DNA of 64,000 nucleotides from Somniosus microcephalus (taxonomy: Eukaryota), in assembly GCA_052327205.1 (NCBI GenBank), contig CM126232.1:21948001-22012000 (forward strand), in the 5' to 3' direction. A program made the translations under genes and the position numbers. Shown here one piece after another: positions 1 through 9,384 of the stretch; positions within the stretch are counted from its first letter, which is position 1; every line of letters begins with the position of its first letter. The notes under the pieces were generated by a model, which saw only the letters and a program-made list of their open reading frames with translations, was not told the DNA's origin and ran no database searches.

Positions 1-274
1 AATGTTTCGTTCCATCTTCTTAAAACCAGCAAAGGAGTTAACCCTTTCCACTGACAGCTGTTTAAGTTCACCAAGCAACAACTTTAATATTGCTGAATGA
101 AATTTAAAGATAGTGGACATTATTAAATTTAAGTTTCTTAATTTTAAGTTAATATTTCCCCACAGTGACAGAAGGAAAATTATGATCTGATAAATTAACC
201 CCTTGGGCTCTAAGCAGAGTCACAATGGATTATCTTCTTTCTTTTGTTATATGGAAGTTATCTTGTAAACTAAC

Positions 275-1449
275 TGCAGCACTTATGGGAATTGGATAGT
301 GGAGCAAACACGAGAAAACTTGGAACAGATACAGGCGGGGGAGGTACCCCTGTGGATTACCAACCAACAGTTAAAAAGGACCCTGACTCGCGGACATGCT
401 GGGGCGGGTACGTCCAAATGTCTCTTAAGTAGCCTCAATATGACAGTTTGTCAATTCCGAGCCATGGTACGGGTATACCCCATGCAGGTCGAATGCAAAC
501 TAGAAGGGGGGAGGGTTCCTGGGTTTAGTTTTGGTCATCCCGGTGATGATACCGGAGACACAAGGGCGGGAGGAATATCAGGTACAAAATATTGGTGCAC
601 TAAAAGATGGCATACATATATCTTCCCACAATATGTTACCTTACGCAGTGATGGTGAAAGGAAATCGGATGGGTACCAAGCTGGAAGGATGTGTCACCAG
701 ACATGCCATCATGTGCCCGCATGCAATCAGCCAAAGCCTGCAAGCCCAATGTGGTTTCAATAACACAGGCATGGAGATTAACTGCACCATGGAGGCATTG
801 GACGCAGTCTCAATGCCCACCCAGGTGGCATACGCCGGCAAAGGCGAATACTGTGTAACGACCAACTTGGAGACGTTTGAGTATGCCAATCTAACTTGCG
901 ACATCCCCAGTCCAGAGTTCTGCTTCACACCAGCAGTTCCGGTACGGATTGGACACAAGGAGTTGGTGGACATACACCAGTTTAATATTACCTCTCCAAG
1001 TGTCTGAAGACATCAAGTATGGATTATGGAACTACATCAACACCTTTGGGTATCCTATACCCCCATTGCCCGAACACCTGAGGCAGATGCAGAAGGAGAT
1101 ACAGCTCTCCCAAAAGGTGTACTATACTCTGCAACAACTGAACACGGATTTGAAGAAAGACATCGACGCGATCAAGGTGACCACATGGGTGGATGACATT
1201 TGGGACTGGGGACTAAATAAACAGATCCATCCGCGGATCCGACTGATTTCACATGTATTAGTCGTGGTGCAGTTAGTAATTGTCCTGACCTTGTTATGTA
1301 TGACATGCAGGAAATGTAAACGGACTCGGGCGAAACAAATGGTTAAAACTGCTAATGCTTGTACTGCTCCTACTCCAAGCGTTTCAGATGATGACTTCAA
1401 CAACTTGTTGGAAAAAATCAAGTGTATGAATAATGAAGCAATCGTATAA
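275..1449 (+). pseudogene. env: Endogenous retroviral env (TM/fusion subunit), foamy-/loki-like F-type, frameshifted
   Basis: Three overlapping ORFs (299-763, 531-1007, 949-1449) join by frameshifts in a G6 run at 506-511 and at ~991-993. The joined protein has G-x-x-P-x-W, LVIP...VQNIG...H...PY...LEGC...C...CG...C (spacing like spumavirus TM), a heptad repeat (LRQMQKEIQLSQKVYYTLQQLNTDLKKDIDAI), a Trp-rich MPER (TTWVDDIWDWG), a TM helix (LISHVLVVVQLVIVLTLLCM) and a Cys/basic tail. Confidence 0.8.
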
Positions 1450-1452
1450 TGA

Positions 1453-1575
1453 ATCGGGGAATGCCTAAATATTAACTTTACTCATCTAATGCACATCTGG
1501 TGCCTCGACGGGTGGCCACCCCGACAGGATTCACACCAGACCATATGCAACAAATGTGCGGCCTACCTGCAATAG
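1453..1575 (+). pseudogene. In-frame continuation of env: Cys/His zinc-finger-like (PHD/RING-like) remnant
   Basis: After TAA TGA (1447-1452) the same frame reads IGECLNINFTHLMHIWCLDGWPPRQDSHQTICNKCAAYLQ*. Confidence 0.4.
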
Positions 1576-1585
1576 CCAAAGGCCT

Positions 1586-1770
1586 GGGGCGGGGGGGGGG
1601 GGGGGAAGGTGGGGAGTATAGAACAACTTGCGGGGGGTTACAGGAAAACCTTCATCATTCGTGCAATTTCATCTGGGAAAACCTATATGTGTTTCTGACA
1701 TACTATAAACCCACCAGCTTATCACACTATCATAGCGCAGAGAGAGCACAACCTCCAACCCCGCTTTTAC
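1586..1770 (+). mobile_element. Possible polypurine tract and truncated 3' LTR of the env-bearing element
   Basis: Purine/G-rich tract 1586-1616 directly after the ORF end, then unique sequence cut off by a SINE fragment; no second LTR in the window to confirm. Confidence 0.3.
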
Positions 1771-1836
1771 GGCCAATGAAGTATTTTTGAAGTGTAGTCA
1801 CTGCTGTAATGTAGGAAACGCGGCAGCCAATTTTGC
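1770..1836 (-). mobile_element. Deu-domain SINE fragment
   Basis: Reverse complement matches the core of the full copy at 8798-9222 (aaattggctgccgcgtttcctacattaca...acttcattggc). Confidence 0.7.
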
Positions 1837-1844
1837 TAGTCATT

Positions 1845-2180
1845 CAAAAGTGTGAAGGGTTTCGATAGAGTTCGCCCAGAGAAACTCGATCGCCGCGACA
1901 TACTAGAGGAGGGTCAGTAACCAGAGGACACAGATTTATAATAATTGGCAAAAGAACCAGAGGGGAGATGAGGAGAATTTTTTTTTATGCAGCAAGTTTT
2001 GATGATCTGGAATGCATTGCCTGAAGGGTAATTGGATAAATACTTGAAAAGGAAAAATTTGCAGGGCTACGGGGAAAGAGCAGGGGGGAAGTGGGACTAA
2101 CTGGCTCTTTCAACGAGCCGGCACAGGCACGATGGGCCGAATGGCCTCCTTCTGTGCGGTCAGAGTCGATGATTCTATCA
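1845..2180 (+). mobile_element. CR1 LINE 3' fragment
   Basis: accagaggacacagattta...ctggaatgcattgcctga...gggccgaatggcctccttctgtg 3' end shared with many copies in the window. Confidence 0.85.
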
Positions 2181-2694
2181 CAGGGCATTCTCAGCTCCGC
2201 CAACCAAATAACTTAACCTCGCTAGGTGTAAACAACAGATCGAGCGAAGTGCAGGAACCGCTCTGGGAAGGATGGCGACCAGGGCACTGTTAATCCTTTG
2301 AGATTAAAAACATCCCGCGGGCAGCACTCGCTCGGATTGGGGCCTTTGTGGACTGGCAGTGACAGGTCACACCTCCGGAACATTCTGTGCCTGAAGCCAA
2401 TCGGAAATAATTCCAGGAATGTCGATAAGAGACAATCCAAGGGGATTCCAGGGGGAGTGAGCTCCTCTGTGCTGTCGGGGGGGGGTCGCTGCCATTAATG
2501 GCTTATGTCTGTGCGTGGCAACCGCTTTATAAAAACAACTCCCCCTGAATCGATCCATGGCCCGAAACACGACAACAGAGCCATCGGCTCACATACTGAG
2601 GCAGAAAGTTACACTATTGAGAAGTACATTTAAAACATGATCATGGAGAACCTCTTTATGCAAAAGGATGAGAAACACTTCATCCACTATCGCA

Positions 2695-2895
2695 GACCCT
2701 TCCCTCTGTTCTTTCCTCCTTCCCCCCCACTCCCCATTCCCAGGCTCTCTACTTGCTTATAAACTTTTACGTTTCTTAACTTCTTCCAGTTCTGAGGAAG
2801 GGTCACCGCCCTGAAACATTAACTCTGTTTCTCTCTCCACAGATGCTGCCTGAACCCTGCTGAGTGTTTCCAGCATTTTCGGTTTTTATTTCATC
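2695..2895 (+). mobile_element. Penelope-like element 3' fragment
   Basis: gaagggtc...ctgaaacattaactctgtttctctctccacagatgctgcctga; the same tail follows the GIY-YIG remnant at 47667-48146. Confidence 0.7.
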
Positions 2896-3074
2896 CACTT
2901 GCCTGCCTGGCTGATTATTCCAAAGACGCAAGAGGGCGTTCAAAATGCAGTTGTATCTGCAGTTGGGAGAGTTGGAGAAGGGTGCGCTTCAATGGGATTG
3001 GAAGGTAGCAGGAGGAGGAGGCCATTCAGCAGCAATTCAAGTCAAGGTAACGAGTGATCAGGTGAATCGCCTAC

Positions 3075-3223
3075 CTGAAGATGTTCCTGTAGTAGTTGAG
3101 GGGGCCCACCAGCGCTCCAGGCCGAAAGACGCTGTAAACATAGGCCTCTAACTCTTCCTCAGTCAGTCTGCTGCTTTTATTCTGGATTCCTTTTCGTTTA
3201 ATCATATACACGCTCTTCAGGGC
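3075..3223 (-). pseudogene. EPHX3: EPHX3 exon 6 (intact frame)
   Basis: ttcctag|ALKSVYMIKRKGIQNKSSRLTEEELEAYVYSVFRPGALVGPLNYYRNIF|gtaggc, 149 nt, phase 0 to 2. Confidence 0.9.
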
Positions 3224-3348
3224 CTAGGAAACACGGCGACAGATTTTAAGCGATATTTTTTTTTAAAAGAAAATAAAAATAAACAAAACAATCAAGGCGC
3301 AGTTGGTGAAGACAACGGGAAACTGGGGTGTAGAGGTCAGCAGGGACC

Positions 3349-4750
3349 TGTGCTCGCTGACCTACATTGGCTCCCGGTTAGGCAGCACCTCGATTTCAAA
3401 ATTCTCATCCTTGTTTTCAAATCCCTCCGTGGCCTCGCCCCCCCCCTTCCTATCTCTGTAATCTCCTCCAGCCCCACCAACCCCCGAGATATCTGCGTTC
3501 CTCTAATTCTGCCCTCGAGGATCCGATTATAATCGCTCAACCATTGGTGGCCGTGCCTTCTGTTGCCTAGGCCCCAAGCTCTGGAATTCCCTGCCTAAAC
3601 CTCTCCACCTCGCTACCTCTCTCTCCTCCTTTGAGACGCTCCTTAAAACCTACCTGTTTGACCAAGCTTTTGGTCACCTGTCACAAGGATGTGTGCTGAG
3701 CCCCCTCCTCTACTCCCTCTTCACCCACGACTGTGTGGCTGTTCATGGTTCCAACACCATCATGTTTGCGGATGATACCACAGTAGTAGGCCAGATCACC
3801 AACAACGATGAGTCAGCCTACAGGGAGGAAGTCCAGCATCTCGTGAAGTGGTGCGCTGGCCGATAACAACCTGGCCCTTAACATCAAGAAAACCAAAGAA
3901 ATCATTGTGGACTTCAGGAAGTCTAAAGGCGGAAGTCACACTCCCATCCACATCAATGGGGCTGTGGTGGAAAGGGTGGACAGCTTTAAGTTCCTCGGAG
4001 TCCACATCACGGAAGACCTCTCCTGGTCCCTCAATACCTCCTCTCTGGTGAAGGAGGCCCAGCAGCGCCTATATTTCCTAAGGAGGCTGAAGGGATGTAA
4101 TCTGTCACCCCGATCCTCTCTAACTTTTACCGCTGCACTATAGAGAGCATCCTGACGAACTGTATCACAGTATGGTATGGCAGCTGTAGCTACTATGACC
4201 GGAAAGCCCTGCAGCGGGTAGTCAAAACTGCCCAACGCATTACCGGCACCCGGCTACCGACCATAGAGCACATATACCAGAAACGCTGTTTACGAAGGTC
4301 ACGGTCCATCATCAAAGACCCTACCCACCCCAGCCACAGTCTGTTCGCCCTCCTGCCATCTGGGAGACGCTACAGATGCATTTGCACCCGTACGACCAGA
4401 TTTAGGAACAGCTTCTTTCCCAGGGCTGTCATCCTACTGAACTCCACAAATAAACTCTAAAGCCTGCACATCTGCCAATGCACTTTATTAAGGTTATGTT
4501 TATGTTAATGTATTACAAGCCAAATGTATATTGAATGTTTAAATGTCTTAATCTAAATGTACACTCTCGGGAGCTGCAAGCCTACATTTCGTTGTACTGC
4601 ACTTGTGCACTAACAATGACAATAAAAGTTGATTTGATTTGATTTGTCCTTATGTGACTCGGTGTCAAATTTTTGTCTTAAAATACTCCTGTGAAGCGCC
4701 TTGGGACGTTTTACTACGTTAAAGGCGCTATATAAATCCAAGTTGTTGTT
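3349..4750 (+). mobile_element. L2-clade LINE 3' fragment (3349-3682 plus 4647-4750), split by a Rex1 insertion
   Basis: LADLHWLPVRQHLDFKILILVFKSLRGLAP is a typical L2 ORF2 C-terminus; tail ...aaaggcgctatataaatccaagttgttgtt; long flanking direct repeat. Confidence 0.85.
3683..4646 (+). mobile_element. Rex1/Babar non-LTR retrotransposon, 5'-truncated RT fragment
   Basis: QGCVLSPLLYSLFTHDC...FADDTTVVG...DFRK...VERVDSFKFLGVHITEDLSWS...AQQRLYFLRRL; ends aataaaa plus (gattt)n. Confidence 0.85.
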
Positions 4751-4807
4751 GAAGGCAACGGGAAACTGGGGCGTAGAGGCCAGCGGGGACCAGGCTCGCT
4801 TCCCAGT

Positions 4808-5255
4808 CCATTTAGGACTGAGAGGAGGAGAAATTTCTTCACTCAGAGGGTGGTGAATCTTTGGAATTCTCTACCCCAGAGGGCTGTGGAGGCTCAGTCG
4901 TTGCGTATATTCAAGACAGAGATCGATAGATTTTTGGATATTAAGGGACTCAAGGGATTTGAGGATAGTGCAGGAAGGTGGAGTTCAGGTAGAAGATCAG
5001 CCATGATCTTATCGAATGGCGGAGCAGGCTCGAGGGGCCAAATGGCCAACTCCTGCTTCTATTTCTTATGTTCACATATCACACAGCACGGAAGGAGGCC
5101 ATTCGGCCCATCATGTCTGTGTCAGCTCTTTGTAAGAGCGCTCCGATTCGTCCCACTCCCCCCACCTGTCCCCGTAGCCCTGCAATTCTTTTCCTTTTTA
5201 ATTCCCCTTTGAACATTACTGTTGAATCTGCTTCCACTATGCTTTCAGGCAGTTT
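4808..5255. mobile_element. Two tail-to-tail CR1 3' fragments (4808-5078 +, 5080-5255 -)
   Basis: [19 protein letters not shown]...FKTEIDRFL ORF2 end on +; LPESIVEADSTVMFKGEL on -. Confidence 0.85.
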
Positions 5256-5422
5256 CAAGTCAATTGGTGACAGGATAGGGCTTGGCCTTGAGCCCGCTCC
5301 ATGACACAATGGCCTGCCCCACACACTATTGGGGCGTGAGGAACATGAGGCACTGAGGGCAACCAGGGTCCGTGGGACCCGTCACCCAGCAAGGCCTGCA
5401 GCAGAGGAGGGGAGCAGTTTAC

Positions 5423-5520
5423 CTTGAAGTCGTCCATATGCAAATGAAACTCTGGAAGCTTTGGCACTTGGAAGAAGAATATATAGCTGGACTTCAGCAG
5501 CTGGGACAGGCTCAGGTAGT
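5423..5520 (-). pseudogene. EPHX3: EPHX3 exon 5
   Basis: gttcag|DYLSLSQLLKSSYIFFFQVPKLPEFHLHMDDFK|gtaaac, 98 nt, phase 1 to 0. Confidence 0.85.
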
Positions 5521-5524
5521 CTGA

Positions 5525-5635
5525 ACAAAACAACTTGCATTTATATAGCACCTTTAATGCCACAAGGCGTTTCACGGGAGCGTTATCAAACAAAATCTGA
5601 CACCGAGTCACGAGATATTAGGACAGTGACCAGGC
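5525..5635 (-). mobile_element. L2-type LINE tail abutting the exon 5 acceptor
   Basis: Reverse complement ggtcactgtcctaatatctcgtgactcggtgtcag...gctatataaatgcaagttgttttg matches the L2 tail at 4647-4750. Confidence 0.75.
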
Positions 5636-5659
5636 CTCGGAGAGGGTGTCGAGGCCTTG

Positions 5660-6125
5660 ACGAGGGTACCAGGGATGAGGGACTTCAGTTATGTGGAGAG
5701 ACGGGAGAAGCTGGGGTTGTTCTCCTTAGAGCAGAGAAGGTTAAGAGGAGATCTGATGGGGGTGTTCAAAATCATCAATGGTTTTGATCAGAGTGAATAA
5801 GGAGAAACTGTTCCTAATGGCGGAAAGGTCGGTAACCAGAGGACACAGATTTAAGGTGATTGGCAAAAGAGCCATGGGTGACACGAGGAGACATTGTTTT
5901 ACACAACGAGTACTGATCTGGAAAGTGCTGCCTGAAAGGGCGGTGGAAGCAGATTCAATAGTAACATTCAAAAGGGAATTGAATACTTCAAGGGAAAAAC
6001 AATGTACAGGGCTACAGGGAAAGAGCAGGGGGCTGGGATTCATTAGCTAGCTCTACCAAAGGGCTGGCTCAGGCCTGATGGGCCGAACGGCCTCCTTCTG
6101 TGCCGAATCATTCTATGATTCTATA
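5660..6125 (+). mobile_element. CR1 LINE 3' fragment
   Basis: TRGHRFKVIGKRAMGDTRRHCFTQRV...LPERAVEADSIVTFKREL plus (attctatg)n tail. Confidence 0.85.
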
Positions 6126-6200
6126 GTTTGACAGTACATCCATCCAGCCACGCGCTGTCCTCCCATCATTACTGGAAACTAACAGAAGCCTTCAGCTCAC

Positions 6201-6329
6201 CTTGGAACACCACTGGGTGTGGCGCGTTCATGATGATCAATCTCTCCACCAACTCCGGATTGCAAATCGCCAAGTTCCAAGCGAGGACACCACCCCAGTC
6301 ATGTCCCACCAGAATACAGCTGCGGTGCC
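6201..6329 (-). pseudogene. EPHX3: EPHX3 exon 4 (nucleophile motif)
   Basis: ttttcag|GHRSCILVGHDWGGVLAWNLAICNPELVERLIIMNAPHPVVFQ|gtgagc, 129 nt, phase 1 to 1. Confidence 0.92.
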
Positions 6330-6939
6330 CTGAAAACACAGCAAACCCTTCCGATTGGTGAGTTAGGCTCATTTGTAGAGCGAGAGGTCAGTCCAACTCG
6401 GAATGTGCTCATTGTATTCACAGACTTTGCACCAAGTAGACCACACAACAGGGCTAAAGCGCGAGGACACAACCCCTGTACTGATCAGTCGCTGAAGACT
6501 CAATGTACTGTTTGTGTTGTTGGCCAAACTCAGCCAGGATGGCAATAAGGGGACTAGAATCGGCCTCAGCACCCACTGATTGAGGAAGGGGAAATCAGCC
6601 AAAGCTCCTGATGTATCCTACTGAGATTCAAAACTGAGATTGATGGATTTTTGTTAGGCAAGGGTGTTAAGGGCTACGGAACCAAGGTGGGTAGATGGAG
6701 TTAAGGTACAGATCAGCCAAGATTTAACTGAATGGTGGAACAGGCTTAAGGGGCTGAATCGTGTTCCTACGCTCCCCACCTTTGCAAGAGACAAGACCGC
6801 TACAAATGCTCATTAGTTGCCTGATATATAGCTGAGGAAAGTTGCGACGATGGATAAATTCAGGCGAAACCCCAACCCTGATGAGTGCGCAAATGCCCTC
6901 AGCTCTGGCGAGTCAGACCACTGCCACGTGTCAGCGTAC

Positions 6940-7098
6940 CTAGAGCGTCGATAATGTCCTTCACATCCGTCAGCAAACACTCCAGCTTGTAGTCATCGCG
7001 ACCAGGGGGTGTGTCGGAGTCCCCGTAACCGCACCAAGTCCACCGCCACCACTCGGTACTCACTTTATAACTCCCGCAGCTGGTAACGCCACGAGTAC
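6940..7098 (-). pseudogene. EPHX3: EPHX3 exon 3 (stop plus frameshift)
   Basis: tcgcag|YSWRYQLREL*SEYRVVAVDL[+1]GYGDSDTPPGRDDYKLECLLTDVKDIIDAL|gtacgc; 159 nt where the flanking phases require 158. Confidence 0.9.
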
Positions 7099-7659
7099 CT
7101 GCGACAGAAGACAGCATCCGATGAGGCAGTAACCCCACTGCCGAGGCAGCAGCTGCAACAAGGAAGGACACGCTACACATTTCGGCAGTGACAGGACTTC
7201 CACAGGAGCCACGATCAGGGAATCAGCACGGACTAGAGATCCGACCTTGGACTTCCACAGTCCTTATGGTTCAGCTGTTCCCTGGAGTAACTCAGAGACA
7301 GACGAGAAGTCCAACCGAGGTTTTACAGCCCTTGATTACTCAACTTTACAATGCACTTGACGTAAAGGTTTACACCAACTTTCACTGTTATCAGTTCATT
7401 TTTGGGGGAGAAAGTCCAGAACAGGCTCATGTGGAACATAAACACCAGCATCGACCTGTTGGACACAATGGCCTGTTTCTGGGCTGTAAATACTATTGAA
7501 TAGGCTGCAACTTGGCCACTGGTGCAAATATAGTCAAGAGAGCCACACAACACCCCCTCTCCCTCCCCAGGGCATCCTGAGGATGTGAACATTATATAAA
7601 ATCAAGTTCTTTCCTTTCATTAATGAGAAACCAATAACAAACTCAAAATACAATAGGGC

Positions 7660-7797
7660 TGATGTTCCCTCTAACTTTATTTGGCCCGCACGGCCCCTTT
7701 AATGGGCGGCGTGGCCCATTCAAAATTCCACGCACGGGCGGTTTTTCCATTTCCAGGCTAGCTCACGGGCTGCATGGGAGCTCCAGGGAACATTGCA
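7660..7797. mobile_element. Short non-autonomous DNA element (hAT-like MITE); related copy at ~35733-35886
   Basis: Terminal inverted repeats atgttccct...agggaacatt; shared core cccctttaatggg/ccccttaaagggcccgc. Confidence 0.5.
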
Positions 7798-7892
7798 TCG
7801 GGGGGGGGGAAACAAAAGACCGAAAAGTCAAATATAAAATATAAACACCAGAGGGTCCAGATGCAATAAAAAGCAGAGGGGGCAGTATTTAC

Positions 7893-7978
7893 CAAAACTC
7901 AGGAAAGCCATGGAGTAGCAACATCAGCTGCTTGCTTCTCTCCCCAGCTGCCACATAGTGAAACTGCAGCCCTGAATC
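7893..7978 (-). pseudogene. EPHX3: EPHX3 exon 2
   Basis: ctctctag|DSGLQFHYVAAGERSKQLMLLLHGFPEF(W)|gtaaat, 86 nt, phase 0 to 2. Confidence 0.92.
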
Positions 7979-8189
7979 CTAGAGAGAGAGAGAGGAGAGA
8001 GGTCAGTGACTCTCGCACAATACAACTTGCACTTACGGCACCATTGCCAAGGGTTTCAGACAGAGTGACTTCCATCTTTGGCAATTTAAATCAACATAAT
8101 CCCTGTAACTATTGGTAGGAAGAAATTGCACATGTATCATGCACATTCTGGCAAGACGTCAAACCGAGGCCCTGTCTGCCCTCTCAAGT

Positions 8190-8625
8190 GGCTGGACCTA
8201 CACTGGCTCCCGGACCAACAATGCCTCAATTTTAAAATCCTCACTCTCGTTTACAAATCGTTCCATGGCCTCACCCCTGCCTATCTCTGTAACCTCTTCC
8301 AGCCATACAAGCCTCCCAAGATCTCTGTGCTCTTCCAACTCTGACCTTCCAACTCTGACCTCTATTTCCATCGCTCCACCATTGGCAGCCGTGCCTTCAG
8401 CTGCCTGGGCTCCAAGCTGTGGAATTCCCCACCCTAAACCTCTCCGCCTCTCTCTCCTCTTTTAAGATGCTGCTTCAAACCTACATCTTTGATCAAGCTG
8501 TTGGTCACCTGTCCTGACACCTCCTTCTGTAGCTCGCTGTCAAAAATGTTCTTGCTGATGTTGCTCCTGTTAAGCGCCTTCGGACATTTTGCTACGTTAA
8601 ATGCGCTATATAAATCCAAGCTGTC
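8190..8625 (+). mobile_element. L2-clade LINE 3' fragment
   Basis: DLHWLPDQQCLNFKILTLVYKSFHGLTPAYLCNLFQPY plus gcgctatataaatccaag tail. Confidence 0.85.
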
Positions 8626-8797
8626 ATTGAATCACATCAATAGCAACTTTTGAACGAGAAATGGATATATGCTTGAAAAAAATGCAGGGCTATGGGGAAA
8701 GAGCAGGGTGAGTGGGGCCAATTGGATGGCTCTTTCGAATAGCTAGCACAGCCACGATGGGCTGAATTGCCTCCTGTGCTGTAAGATTCAATGAACA

Positions 8798-9222
8798 GTG
8801 TCAGCTGTGGCTCAGTTGGTAGCACATCCGCCTCAGCCAAAAAGTTGTGGGTTCATATCGCAATCCAGGGACTTGAGCACATGTAAAGCTAGGCTGACAC
8901 TCCAGTGCAGTACTGAGGGAGCGCTGCACTGTCGGAGGTGCCGTCTGCTCTCTCAGGTGGATGTAAAAGGTCCCATGGCACTATTTTGAAGGAGAGCAGG
9001 GGAGTTGTCCCCGGTGTCCTGGCCAATATTTATCCCTCAACCAACATAACAAAACACTGATTAACTGGTCATTATCACAGTCTTGTTTGTGGGAGCTTGC
9101 TGTGCGCAAATTGGCTGCTGCGTTTCCTGCATTACAACTTCAAAAGTACTTCATTGGCTGTAAAGTGCTTTGAGACGTCCGGTGGTCGTGAAAGGCGCTA
9201 TAGAAATGCAAGTCTTTCTTTC
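8798..9222 (+). mobile_element. Full-length tRNA-derived Deu-domain SINE (SacSINE1-like)
   Basis: tRNA-like head gtggctcagttggtagcac...gggttca; Deu core gtcctggccaatatttatccctcaaccaac...ggtcattatcac...gctgtgcgcaaattggctgc; L2-like tail. Confidence 0.85.
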
Positions 9223-9384
9223 AGGTCACCATTCAGTGGCCAAGTTAGGGAGGACAGCCTTCAGTGCGCATGCGAGTGTCAGAAGCGGACTGCAAATCCC
9301 AGAAGGCAGCGCGCGAGCGGGGCATGCGCACACTTGCCGGGATTTACTTCGCAGGCGCAGTGAGGCTGAGTTAGGCGGCGGCAC

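Noticed and set aside
8798-8870. tRNA-like A/B boxes here and at ~11870-11939 and 28020-28110
   Set aside because: These are SINE heads continuous with SINE bodies, not tRNA genes.
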